Virus record (IMG/VR): IMGVR_UViG_3300025411_000647 | Coordinates: 1-52,534 of that record | From: a virus | Lineage: Duplodnaviria; Caudoviricetes | Reading direction: 5' to 3' (one strand) | DNA length: 52,534 nt | Part shown: positions 1 to 8,797 of the stretch, piece by piece | Layout of the letters: the number at the start of each line of letters is the position of its first letter | Position numbering within the stretch: the stretch's first letter is position 1 | Notes under the pieces: generated by a model | What the model was told of the DNA's origin: nothing | Database searches by the model: none | The model's input: the letters and a program-made list of their open reading frames with translations, nothing else | Position numbers and translations under genes: made by a program

Positions 1-145
1 ACTGTACAGCCTGTAGGCTCAGTTCTTCTTGCTTACGGCGCTCGATCTGAGTTGAGCTTTCTGTTTGTGGACCACACCCAACCATTACCGCTGACATTGC
101 GGCAATGGCAACAAACGGAGCGGCTGTTTTCAAAAAGTTTTTCAT
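1..145 (-). CDS. putative lipoprotein (runs off window start)
   Basis: Manual translation MKNFLKTAAPFVAIAAMSAVMVGCGPQ...; signal peptide with lipobox-like MVGC. Confidence 0.6.
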   Translation of the reverse strand, partial: MKNFLKTAAPFVAIAAMSAVMVGCGPQTESSTQIERRKQEELSLQAVQ

Positions 146-146
146 T

Positions 147-464
147 TTATTTTCCTGCTTTCAAATCGTTATAAAAGTTACGAAGGTTGGGAGGCAACTT
201 GTCCTCTGGATACACCGAGAAACGATGTAACACTATAGCACGGACGGCATCTTTATGATCCTTGTCCGCATTGATATAATCCATTTGGAGATTTTCCAAA
301 TCACGAATCATACCATCATTGTACTGTTCACTTTGTTTGAACACTTCATTGTCAACAGCACGATATTTGGGAGCAAAATAGCTGTAGGCAAAATAGCTAC
401 CAAACATACATACTACAACGAACGCAATCCAACCTACTACGATTGCTGAGATTTCTTTAAACAT
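147..464 (-). CDS. hypothetical membrane-anchored protein
   Basis: N-terminal hydrophobic helix; tightly packed with neighbours. Confidence 0.7.
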   Translation of the reverse strand: MFKEISAIVVGWIAFVVVCMFGSYFAYSYFAPKYRAVDNEVFKQSEQYNDGMIRDLENLQMDYINADKDHKDAVRAIVLHRFSVYPEDKLPPNLRNFYNDLKAGK

Positions 465-465
465 A

Positions 466-1020
466 TTAATTGTCCAATTCTTTAAATGCTTGTTCTTGGC
501 GGCCAGCCGCGAACTGACGTTGTTTTGCTTCTTCTTTAGCCTTACGCAAAATGTTAGCGTCGCCTGTAGGCAATGCTACCAAAACGTATACACGATAACG
601 ACTACCTTCGGCAATACGCTTGATCTCTTTAACTTCTACACCAGTTAAATCAACTTTGGCACAACTTGTACGCAACGCCATTTCACTAAATTCTGAACTA
701 GATTTGTCTCCATCTGATCTGTAGATTTTAGTATTCTGACTAGCTGTGCCTCCAGCCGCCATACAAATCTTGCCATATGCGTCTGCTTTGGCTTTGATAT
801 CGGCCATACTAAAATCGCCACTGACGGCTGTTCCAGCTTCGTAGACAGCACTATTACTTAATGGAGGTTCAAACATCCATTTAGGTGCTTTATCAATACT
901 ACGCTCAACATAACGTTCTTGACGTTCACGTTCATTATCTGCACGTTTTTGATATACATCAGTCGTGCCACAAGCTGCCAAAATAGCAACAACAGGAACT
1001 AGCAATAAAAACTTTTTCAT
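466..1020 (-). CDS. lipoprotein (LPP20-like)
   Basis: Start MKKFLLLVPVVAILAAC lipobox; P-x-W motif and A-x-x-K-A helix typical of LPP20-like proteins. Confidence 0.6.
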   Translation of the reverse strand: MKKFLLLVPVVAILAACGTTDVYQKRADNERERQERYVERSIDKAPKWMFEPPLSNSAVYEAGTAVSGDFSMADIKAKADAYGKICMAAGGTASQNTKIYRSDGDKSSSEFSEMALRTSCAKVDLTGVEVKEIKRIAEGSRYRVYVLVALPTGDANILRKAKEEAKQRQFAAGRQEQAFKELDN

Positions 1021-1142
1021 TTTGAACCACCCATCTTCTCTTTTGTCCATTCTGCGGACGATTGAATATCCTTACCTACACCTGCTACAGTTGAGCAAGC
1101 GGCAAGGGCTGAAATCAAAATAAGTAATGCAACCGCTCTCAT
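1017..1142 (-). CDS. entericidin EcnA/B-family lipoprotein (41 aa)
   Basis: MRAVALLILISALAACSTVAGVGKDIQSSAEW: lipobox followed by the C-x-T-x-x-G-x-G-K-D-I entericidin pattern; ATGA overlaps with both neighbours. Confidence 0.75.
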   Translation of the reverse strand: MRAVALLILISALAACSTVAGVGKDIQSSAEWTKEKMGGSK

Positions 1143-1267
1143 TTTGCTAACTCCGTACTTTGTGTTTTAACTGTATCTACACCTTTGTCTAACATACGTG
1201 CAATGCCGGAAAAACCAACAGTAGCTAGTATTAGTCCAAAGATAGTGCCTGCTATAAATGCCTTCAT
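1139..1267 (-). CDS. small membrane protein (42 aa)
   Basis: MKAFIAGTIFGLILATVGFSGIAR...; GAGG SD; downstream of a sigma70 promoter. Confidence 0.6.
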   Translation of the reverse strand: MKAFIAGTIFGLILATVGFSGIARMLDKGVDTVKTQSTELAK

Positions 1268-1297
1268 AAATGCCTCTCTGTGTGTTAATGTATATGT

Positions 1298-1326
1298 ATT
1301 ATAACTGATCTGTATTCAAATGTCAA
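1298..1326 (-). promoter_or_regulatory. sigma70 promoter
   Basis: TTGACA-17-TATAAT, perfect consensus. Confidence 0.85.
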
Positions 1327-1342
1327 CAATCAAGTTTGCCAA

Positions 1343-1741
1343 TTATGACTCGTGACGTCTGCATTGAATATCAGCTTCACTTCGAAATGTGCCACCGATA
1401 CTCAAAAGTAACTCTTTCCTAGCACGTTGTTGGGCATAGTAGCAGAGACTTTCTTGTTGCTCTAACCCAATTTCAAATTCGTGCAAGTGGTGTGTCTGCC
1501 CATCTACTTCTAAATCAAAATCTACTGTACACAAATTCCTTGTACCGTATTTGTCTTTTTCTTTGACTAAATTTTTGATTGAGCTGACTACATGTTCTGT
1601 AACCAAATGACTAGATGTGTTAATGTCACACCCATTTGGCTTGGCGGGAACTTCCACTTCTTTAACTTGGATAATTGTCTGTGGAGGTGGCTGATCACAG
1701 GCTGTAAGCAATAATGCCGATAACAGTAATACATACTTCAT
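1343..1741 (-). CDS. putative lipoprotein
   Basis: MKYVLLLSALLLTAC lipobox. Confidence 0.65.
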   Translation of the reverse strand: MKYVLLLSALLLTACDQPPPQTIIQVKEVEVPAKPNGCDINTSSHLVTEHVVSSIKNLVKEKDKYGTRNLCTVDFDLEVDGQTHHLHEFEIGLEQQESLCYYAQQRARKELLLSIGGTFRSEADIQCRRHES

Positions 1742-1784
1742 ATTGAACTTTCTGTGTAGTTACGATATAAGTATTATACAGTCT

Positions 1785-2225
1785 TTATCGATACTTGTCA
1801 TCCAATTCGACACTCGAAAGTCCTGCAATGGTTTGAAACTTATCCCATGCTTTTTTGGCTGTGGGATTCTTCTCCAATTCACTATTTGGCAAGACTGCTT
1901 CTAACCAAATTTCTGGACGGCGAGTAGGGTGTGCGCCAAACTTACGAGGCTGGTGTAGTTTACCAGTTTCCCAAAGTTCGATACTCACACTACGGAATTG
2001 GTCCTCGTCGTGGTACCCAGCCCACTCTGGATTACTTTGGCTAAAGAATCCACGGCTGTAGGCATTATCTGTACCACCGCCATATCCTAACCAAATGCTC
2101 GACCACTGGTTGTCATCATGCGGATCAAAGTCCGTACGAGTAATCAAGATAAGGACATCGTCGATGTTTACTTTGCCATCGACAATGTCTCGTACGCAAC
2201 GACTATAACTAAGTCCAATTTTCAT
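1785..2225 (-). CDS. hypothetical phage protein
   Basis: 146-aa ORF in a co-oriented packed run. Confidence 0.7.
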   Translation of the reverse strand: MKIGLSYSRCVRDIVDGKVNIDDVLILITRTDFDPHDDNQWSSIWLGYGGGTDNAYSRGFFSQSNPEWAGYHDEDQFRSVSIELWETGKLHQPRKFGAHPTRRPEIWLEAVLPNSELEKNPTAKKAWDKFQTIAGLSSVELDDKYR

Positions 2226-2226
2226 T

Positions 2227-2460
2227 TTATCTTCCAGTCTGTGTTTTACTTACTTGAGGGCCATCGCTGGTAAAATCCATACCAGCACTACGACCTTCGT
2301 AGCATTTGCCGTTCCAACTCATTAGAATTTTAACTGTTTTGTTTACTACTACAATGAGATTACGACCTTCGTTAAAAGCCATAATCTCTCCTTTTACCTC
2401 TCGGCCACTGGATGTTTGCCGAACCATGCAATCATCACTGTGTCTGGTTATCGTTGCCAT
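2227..2460 (-). CDS. hypothetical phage protein
   Basis: 77-aa ORF in a packed run. Confidence 0.6.
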   Translation of the reverse strand: MATITRHSDDCMVRQTSSGREVKGEIMAFNEGRNLIVVVNKTVKILMSWNGKCYEGRSAGMDFTSDGPQVSKTQTGR

Positions 2461-2620
2461 TTTCTGCCTCTAACTCTTCTACACGTGTCCGAAGTTGTGC
2501 AACAGCAGCTTCTAGTTTTTCAATATGTTCTGCAACTTGTTGCATAAAACCTAAACTATTTTCTGCTGTTATACGAATCATTTCGCTAACTGAGGTCAGT
2601 TGTTGTACATTTTCTGTCAT
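2435..2620 (-). CDS. small coiled-coil protein
   Basis: Heptad pattern IEKLEAAVAQLRTRVEELE. Confidence 0.55.
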   Translation of the reverse strand: MTENVQQLTSVSEMIRITAENSLGFMQQVAEHIEKLEAAVAQLRTRVEELEAENGNDNQTQ

Positions 2621-3481
2621 TTAAATCTCCAATAAAATATTTGGGTTCCAGCCACTGTCTTCGCTGTAGCCATCGCTTTCATAACCACGTGGGTTACATA
2701 CAATTCTAGTCTCACCAATCTTGTAATCAAATGGATGATGTGTATGCCCATGTGTCCATAATACAATCTGTGGGTGATCCAAAATGAACTCCTCTAAATT
2801 ACTGCTATAGCCACCATTCATTAATGTTTGGTCTTTGTAAATTTCATGAACACTTTGGAAGCTAGGACTGTGATGTCCGACTACAACACACTTTTTGTCT
2901 TTATGTTCCTGAACGATCAGTTTAATATAGGCAAGGGTCTTGTCGTGACGAACGGCAACATCCAAGGCACTCATAGGAGCATAGCTTCTAAAGTCATTGC
3001 GGATGATACGAAAGTCGTTCATCATACCTTCAATGGCATGCATGGTCAGTGGATCACGCTTGTTCATGTCGGTCCACAATGTTCCACCAACAAATACAAC
3101 ATCATCGATGATCTTAGTGTCCTGTTCCAACATATAGATGTTGGGAAACTTGGCAACTTCGTCACGCATATAATCGATGCCAGCATAGAACTTACCGTTG
3201 TAGAATTCGTGATTGCCCATGATGTAGATCACATGGGGAAACTGAAAACTACAACGCTTCAAAAAGTCACGGAACCTTTGAGCACGTTCTTGCCTACGAC
3301 CCAAGCCGGTGCCTGAGGCAATAGCCCGTTGATCAGCTGTATTGCTCACTTCAGGATGGTCGTGGAGATCCTGGGCGATCATAATGTCGCCACCAAGGAT
3401 CAAAACATCGTAATTCTGATCATTTTGAATGTTGATGTCACTGAACTCTAAGTGGAGATCACTGACTAGTTTGATTCTCAT
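2621..3481 (-). CDS. calcineurin-like metallophosphoesterase
   Basis: SDLH, GD, GNHE, HH and HGHTH motifs; start reassigned to MRIKLVSDLH. Confidence 0.9.
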   Translation of the reverse strand: MRIKLVSDLHLEFSDINIQNDQNYDVLILGGDIMIAQDLHDHPEVSNTADQRAIASGTGLGRRQERAQRFRDFLKRCSFQFPHVIYIMGNHEFYNGKFYAGIDYMRDEVAKFPNIYMLEQDTKIIDDVVFVGGTLWTDMNKRDPLTMHAIEGMMNDFRIIRNDFRSYAPMSALDVAVRHDKTLAYIKLIVQEHKDKKCVVVGHHSPSFQSVHEIYKDQTLMNGGYSSNLEEFILDHPQIVLWTHGHTHHPFDYKIGETRIVCNPRGYESDGYSEDSGWNPNILLEI

Positions 3482-4070
3482 CTTCTTCTTTCTCAAAAGG
3501 AAACTTCGGTAAATTTTGTTCTTTCCATTTCTGGATATCTTCTTTATTATACTTGCCTTCGTTAACTTTGTCAACAAATTCACGTAATACTTTATTCATC
3601 CAATCATTGAACGTCATGTCTTCTTCATGTGCTTGTTTAAAGGCAAACAACAACAAATCATCGGGCAAGTTTAAAGGAACGCTTACATCTGTGCTGTATT
3701 CTTCTCCTGCCTTGATAGCTAGACATTTTTGAATGAAATCATCATCGACTTCTAAATCTACATACTCAACATCATCCCAAGCTTCATTTAAGTTAATTAA
3801 ATGACGTTTAGCTTCTTTGGCATGCTTTTCACGCTTGTTCTCTGCGATTATGCGATAAGCACGATCATTGGTGTAATCACATACTGTTACTTCGTAAACC
3901 TTCTGTGTCTTGGTGCTGAATACAATATTAAAACTCCAGCCACCTTTGTCGTGGAGTCCGTTCCAGCTACTTAATTGATAGGAATTAGGACCATAACAAG
4001 CCCAACCGTAATCGCCACCTTCAGTGATTTTATAGTCGATTAATTCCATCCATTCTTTCATTGTAATCAT
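3459..4070 (-). CDS. hypothetical phage protein
   Basis: 203-aa ORF; C-terminal part may be ribbon-helix-helix-like. Confidence 0.7.
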   Translation of the reverse strand: MITMKEWMELIDYKITEGGDYGWACYGPNSYQLSSWNGLHDKGGWSFNIVFSTKTQKVYEVTVCDYTNDRAYRIIAENKREKHAKEAKRHLINLNEAWDDVEYVDLEVDDDFIQKCLAIKAGEEYSTDVSVPLNLPDDLLLFAFKQAHEEDMTFNDWMNKVLREFVDKVNEGKYNKEDIQKWKEQNLPKFPFEKEEDENQTSQ

Positions 4071-4639
4071 TATTCAAATCCTTGTTTAAGTAATCTCTTT
4101 TCTTCACATGAGTTGCAAATGGATCTCATCCATCCGCCGTCATTTTGCACTTCACTAGGATTACCGCATGACTCGCAAGTAACACCGCTTAGGCTTTCTG
4201 CTAGGCTAACCATCCCACTGATATAGTCATCGCCACCTGTATAGTAAAAACGTAGTGTGCCAAACTTTTCTTTAACTTGATCCAAAGTTACTTGCTGAAT
4301 AGGTTCAGGAATAACTATAGGGTACCGATCAATAAGCTCTTGTCTACGCTTTTCTTTAAACTCTCCATTAATTGTATTCTTGTACTCTTCATCAAACAGT
4401 GTAGAGTCTCCAGCCTTAAGCTGTTCGGACATCCGGTTAAATTTAATAGCAACTTCACGCTGACGTTCACGCCAATCAATGTGATTTTGAATATTGCCCA
4501 TAAGCTGATTCAAAATATTAAACCAACCATCGCCACAATCAAAGCCCCAGCACATTGCGGTCTCAGTCATGGGCTTGTCACGGTTTACCATCATCTTTGG
4601 GTAAACCTTACATAGGTATTCATCTAGTTCTTGTCTCAT
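4070..4639 (-). CDS. hypothetical phage protein with C-terminal Zn finger
   Basis: QVKEKFGTLRFY motif; CESC...CNSC. Confidence 0.75.
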   Translation of the reverse strand: MRQELDEYLCKVYPKMMVNRDKPMTETAMCWGFDCGDGWFNILNQLMGNIQNHIDWRERQREVAIKFNRMSEQLKAGDSTLFDEEYKNTINGEFKEKRRQELIDRYPIVIPEPIQQVTLDQVKEKFGTLRFYYTGGDDYISGMVSLAESLSGVTCESCGNPSEVQNDGGWMRSICNSCEEKRLLKQGFE

Positions 4640-4863
4640 ATAATTTTACCTAGTCCGTTGTAAATCAGTTGATCTAATTCTGCTTGGTAATCTTGACCTT
4701 GCCTACGCTTGAGCCAAATAGCTGTGAGCAATTCTCGGCCATCGCCAGTAGCTCCAACTGCTAGCCCACGAAATTCCATTTCTTCCAAAATGTCATCATC
4801 ATCGAAATCATCCAAATCAACATCGATTTCAACTTCTTTATAAACTGTAGTATATCTACTCAT
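4636..4863 (-). CDS. small acidic hypothetical protein
   Basis: 75-aa ORF with 4-nt overlap. Confidence 0.65.
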   Translation of the reverse strand: MSRYTTVYKEVEIDVDLDDFDDDDILEEMEFRGLAVGATGDGRELLTAIWLKRRQGQDYQAELDQLIYNGLGKII

Positions 4864-4864
4864 T

Positions 4865-5038
4865 TTAATAAGTTTCCTTTACAATTTCAAATTCTTCTTT
4901 TGGCCATTTGACTTTAAACTCGTCTGTGTTTACATAGTCATTATATTCTTTAGCACTAAAAAATACTTTGGTAAATTCTGTTTTGTAACTACCTCGTTTG
5001 GTAATTGTTAAGTAAACCGATTTAGCTGTTCCTGCCAT
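4865..5038 (-). CDS. hypothetical protein (57 aa)
   Basis: Manual translation MAGTAKSVYLTITKRG...KETY; fills the gap exactly with TAATG coupling. Confidence 0.65.
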   Translation of the reverse strand: MAGTAKSVYLTITKRGSYKTEFTKVFFSAKEYNDYVNTDEFKVKWPKEEFEIVKETY

Positions 5039-5712
5039 TATTGTGCCGCTTTCACATAGTTAAGTCTAGTCTCATCATTTTGATGTTTCCAGTGTTTGCT
5101 GTTATCTTTTACCTTGGCTTTCACTACAACACAAGGACCTCTTTTAAGTTCCACTTGACTCATCCAGGAGGCCATCTTATTGTTTATTATAGCACAGATG
5201 TTCCAACCTTCAAAGTTTTTTGACTTGATAACTTCAAGTATTTCACAATCTAAATCTGCCAAACGATCTCCTGGCTTGCCCAAAAAACCTTCTTCAACTG
5301 TTCGTGCGGCCTTCTTAACTTGGTTATGAACAGCGTCCCTAGCCTGTACACTAGGCAAACATGCTACATAACCAAATTGGTTTTCTTTTACAGACTCGCT
5401 ATTCAAAATTGTATTGATAGTGGTAAGGAATTCGTTCTCACCGTCAATAGCGGCAAACATCAAACGCTTGTAATAAGTTTTGATTTCTTCGGCACGGGCT
5501 ACATCTTCGGGTTCAATCTTAAGTGCTTTGGTATCAGGTATGACCATCCGGTCATCTAATGTAAGTATCATTAGAATTTTATTTGGTTGCTTGGCGTACA
5601 TAAAGACGCCGTCATCGGCATAGACTGATTCTTGCTCTTTGAGATAAGCACCATTAGTTCGCTGTGCCGCACATGCCAATTCCAGTACTTGCTGTGTAGG
5701 AAACTCTTTCAT
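5038..5712 (-). CDS. hypothetical phage protein (C-terminal OB-fold-like)
   Basis: 224-aa ORF with beta-rich C-terminus. Confidence 0.7.
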   Translation of the reverse strand: MKEFPTQQVLELACAAQRTNGAYLKEQESVYADDGVFMYAKQPNKILMILTLDDRMVIPDTKALKIEPEDVARAEEIKTYYKRLMFAAIDGENEFLTTINTILNSESVKENQFGYVACLPSVQARDAVHNQVKKAARTVEEGFLGKPGDRLADLDCEILEVIKSKNFEGWNICAIINNKMASWMSQVELKRGPCVVVKAKVKDNSKHWKHQNDETRLNYVKAAQ

Positions 5713-5745
5713 TTCACGCTCTGTGTGAGTTAATATACAAGTATT

Positions 5746-6408
5746 TTACATGAAAACATATCTTTTGTCAATCATTTCTAAATGCTGGTATATCTTTTTG
5801 GATAACTTTTTGGTAAGAGGATTTAGTCCAAAGTGGCTTATATATGCCCTAAGTTGTGGGCTAGAAAATTGACTACCTGTCCTCATCTTGCTCAAAACGC
5901 TGATCCTGCCCATACGTTTTTTAGCACGGTCGGCATCCATCGTGCGCAGTAGTTCAATAGCTATGCTAAACGCATAAGCATCCATTTCATCATCGTCGGC
6001 AAGATAACGCTCGTAAGGTGTGTCAAAATGTTCGCCGTATTGATTATGATCCCTGCGCATACTTTGATACTGATGTCTAAACTCATGTACAGTAGCATCG
6101 AAAATTTCTGTAAGGAAACTAGTCACTTGATGCGGACCAAACGGCTCGTCTCCTTTTAGATTGTGATAAACTATGACTTCTATAGCAGTATCCATATTAT
6201 AGTCATTCTCACTGTCGTAGTAAGCCATGACATACCATTTGTCTACGTCTAAGTCTCGATCTTTTTTACTTTTGATAGCAATATCAAAATCGTATAATTT
6301 GAATGTATTGCGTGTTCGACCAATAAGGTTTTTGAAAGTTGTCTGCTCAGGACAGTCTTCTCGAACTTTTTTACATACATTATATACACGTTCGAGAATG
6401 ATGTTCAT
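5746..6408 (-). CDS. putative HExxH metalloprotein
   Basis: HEFRH...E.DAYA zincin-like motif. Confidence 0.6.
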   Translation of the reverse strand: MNIILERVYNVCKKVREDCPEQTTFKNLIGRTRNTFKLYDFDIAIKSKKDRDLDVDKWYVMAYYDSENDYNMDTAIEVIVYHNLKGDEPFGPHQVTSFLTEIFDATVHEFRHQYQSMRRDHNQYGEHFDTPYERYLADDDEMDAYAFSIAIELLRTMDADRAKKRMGRISVLSKMRTGSQFSSPQLRAYISHFGLNPLTKKLSKKIYQHLEMIDKRYVFM

Positions 6409-6410
6409 AA

Positions 6411-6629
6411 TTACAACCTATAAGTTACTCTACCTTTTGTTAGATCATATGGGCTGACTTCTAATCGAACACTGTCGCCTAAAATGATTCTAATCTTATT
6501 CTGCTTTAATTTGCCACCCATATAACATAGTAGTGTGTTTGGCATATTTTCTACTTTTACCCTGAACATGTTGCCGGGTAGTACTTCTTCAACAGAGCCT
6601 GTTAATTCTATAATATCGTCTTTAGCCAT
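6411..6629 (-). CDS. infA: translation initiation factor IF-1
   Basis: MAKDDIIELTG.V.E.LP...F.V ... GK...N.IRII.GD.V..E.SPYDLTKGRVTYR is the IF-1 signature. Confidence 0.95.
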   Translation of the reverse strand: MAKDDIIELTGSVEEVLPGNMFRVKVENMPNTLLCYMGGKLKQNKIRIILGDSVRLEVSPYDLTKGRVTYRL

Positions 6630-6793
6630 CAGTTTACTTTTTGAATAGTCCAACTACCATCGTTATTGTCGGTCCACTCTAATGTGTCTCCTTCTTTCCA
6701 CCCTTGTGTTTCTAAAAAGTCATCTGGAAACGGCAATAGTAAATCACCAGTTTCTGGATCTTCTTCTACGGTTATAATCCAATTTGTTTTCAT
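6629..6793 (-). CDS. AbrB/MazE-like small DNA-binding protein (54 aa)
   Basis: Manual translation ...GDLLLPFPDDFLETQGWKEGDTLEW... matches the AbrB/SpoVT pattern. Confidence 0.65.
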   Translation of the reverse strand: MKTNWIITVEEDPETGDLLLPFPDDFLETQGWKEGDTLEWTDNNDGSWTIQKVN

Positions 6794-6807
6794 ATTAGTA
6801 TTTAACC

Positions 6808-7341
6808 TTAAACTTCGTCATCCTCATAAGGAACTGGTCTCCACCCCAAACGGTTCAAGTCCAATTCAATTTCTTCAGTGACTACACCTTCTGGTACATA
6901 GCCTTTAGTACCCTCTTCGTCCCCATTACCAAGGCCTCCGCCGATACCGCTACAATACCAATCGATGTAATCACCTTCTTCACGCATATCGGCAATTATA
7001 CCGCCAGAGTGACGCCAAGAGCAAGACCAAGTTTCACCTTTCATTTCCTGCCAAAACTCTCTGCTTTGCCAAGTCATGTTACACATGGCCGCATATAAGT
7101 TTTGAGCATAGCTATCGCTGGCTTTGACTTTATCGCACATTTCTTTTGAGCTACGGAGATCGTATTCCATGTTGTTCTTTTGCCACCTAGGGTCCTTTAG
7201 ATTTTTTTCGTCTTGTTCACGGAAAGTCTTGTACATATTAACATAATCAGGATTAGGCTCTTTACCTTTTTCCTCACAGCGTTTGATGTACCCTTCTTTT
7301 TGAAAGGTATGTCGTTTTGGACTACTTGCTACTTTTTTCAC
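6808..7341 (-). CDS. hypothetical phage protein
   Basis: 177-aa ORF. Confidence 0.7.
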   Translation of the reverse strand: MKKVASSPKRHTFQKEGYIKRCEEKGKEPNPDYVNMYKTFREQDEKNLKDPRWQKNNMEYDLRSSKEMCDKVKASDSYAQNLYAAMCNMTWQSREFWQEMKGETWSCSWRHSGGIIADMREEGDYIDWYCSGIGGGLGNGDEEGTKGYVPEGVVTEEIELDLNRLGWRPVPYEDDEV

Positions 7342-7661
7342 TTATGAAAATTACCTTGTAAACAATGTCGAACTTCGTGTCCGATTGTATGAAAATTTGC
7401 TGTATTAGCAGTGACAATAGTACACTCGCTCATATTGTAATTCCAAAAACTACAAGCTTCAATGCTGTAACCAAAAGCGGGCTTGCCTCTTTTAATTGCT
7501 TCTGAACTACATGTACCTTGTACATTATTAGTTTGAATAAAAGAAATTTTAACTTGATTTGTTTCGTTATGAGTCATATCAAATTGTTGATGCGGATCTT
7601 CGTAATATGCAAACACGTTAGAGGTTACTAACATTAATACAGTTGCTATTGCCTTTTTCAT
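7338..7661 (-). CDS. secreted HExxH protein
   Basis: Signal peptide; GHEVRHC motif. Confidence 0.6.
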   Translation of the reverse strand: MKKAIATVLMLVTSNVFAYYEDPHQQFDMTHNETNQVKISFIQTNNVQGTCSSEAIKRGKPAFGYSIEACSFWNYNMSECTIVTANTANFHTIGHEVRHCLQGNFHK

Positions 7662-7689
7662 TTTGCCTCTTTCTTTGCCTAATTAAAAA

Positions 7690-7800
7690 TGGTACAGACG
7701 GTAGGATTCGAACCTACAAAGCTGCCATATTGGCTAAGCCCATTCCCTCCGTTCGCCGAAGCTACTAGGAGGAGGTTTACCATGTTACACTCACGTCTGC
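7690..7800 (-). ncRNA. tRNA-like RNA (111 nt) with no anticodon loop and a sarcin-ricin-loop-like arm
   Basis: Acceptor GCAGACG/CGTCTGT+A+CCA; T arm GTAGG-TTCGAAT-CCTAC; central arm CCTCC-TAGTAGCTTCGGCGAAC-GGAGG; long variable arm. Confidence 0.8.
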
Positions 7801-7806
7801 AATGCT

Positions 7807-7835
7807 AGTTTAACATAGTTTGTAAATACTGTCAA
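7807..7835 (-). promoter_or_regulatory. sigma70 promoter for the tRNA-like RNA
   Basis: TTGACA-17-TAAACT; predicted +1 falls at about 7800, the first acceptor nucleotide. Confidence 0.7.
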
Positions 7836-8797
7836 TGCAATTTTCAAACATACCTTTCGAAAAAATTACTCATTTTGGACAACAAACTATGTTGGATCGT
7901 CCATTATTTAACATAAGTTGGATATTAGGAAGATTTTGTAATTACAAATGTAGCTATTGTTGGCCTTATGCTAGGACTGACAAGCCTGATCACCAACCGC
8001 TTGAAGTATATAAATCTACTGTAGACGAGATTAAGCGTCAAGCACGAGCCAATGGGTTTGACCAGTTCCATTGGTCGTTCAGCGGTGGTGAACCAACTGC
8101 TTACAAGTACTTACTTGATTTGATTAAACATTTGGACGATGGTATCCAAACTCCTTATCAGACTGTACACATGACTACTAATTTGAGTCCTAGTTTAAAT
8201 TGGTGGCGTAGTTGGCATCATACAACAGAACTTTTACAAAGGAGAAGCATCACAGCCAGCTATCATGCAGAGTTTGCCAAAGAACAAGAATTTGGAGATA
8301 AGTGTTTACAATTAATGTACGATCTAGTACATGTTACTATTAACCAAGTGATGGTTCCGGAAAAGTTCTATGAAACACTAGAACGATGCGAACGATTCAG
8401 AGAACGAGGAATCAATGTAACTCTCAAACCACAAAGCAATGACACGGCTACTGCTGTAGTAAATGGGTACACACAAGATATGATTGATATCATGCAAAAT
8501 GATTTTGAACAGCAGGAAGGATATCAAATACGTTTAACAGACGGCACCCAAGATTATTACATAGATCAAGCAGAAAGATTTAATGCCCTAGGATTTAATC
8601 AGTTTGCCGGATGGACTTGCAATAGCGGCTATCAGAGTGTTATAATAAGAGGTAATGAAGTAAAACGAGCATATAGTTGTAAAGAAACAAGTTTAGGTAC
8701 GATAGAAAAATTTACTTTGTTTTCTGCACCTAAACTTTGCACAACAGATAGATGTGTTAGTAGTGCCGATAGCAAAATACCAAAATGTATAAATTAG
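7835..8797 (+). CDS. radical SAM protein (C-terminal Cys cluster)
   Basis: CNYKCSYC, SGGEP, TTN; C-terminal twitch/SPASM-like Cys. Confidence 0.9.
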   Translation: MQFSNIPFEKITHFGQQTMLDRPLFNISWILGRFCNYKCSYCWPYARTDKPDHQPLEVYKSTVDEIKRQARANGFDQFHWSFSGGEPTAYKYLLDLIKHLDDGIQTPYQTVHMTTNLSPSLNWWRSWHHTTELLQRRSITASYHAEFAKEQEFGDKCLQLMYDLVHVTINQVMVPEKFYETLERCERFRERGINVTLKPQSNDTATAVVNGYTQDMIDIMQNDFEQQEGYQIRLTDGTQDYYIDQAERFNALGFNQFAGWTCNSGYQSVIIRGNEVKRAYSCKETSLGTIEKFTLFSAPKLCTTDRCVSSADSKIPKCIN

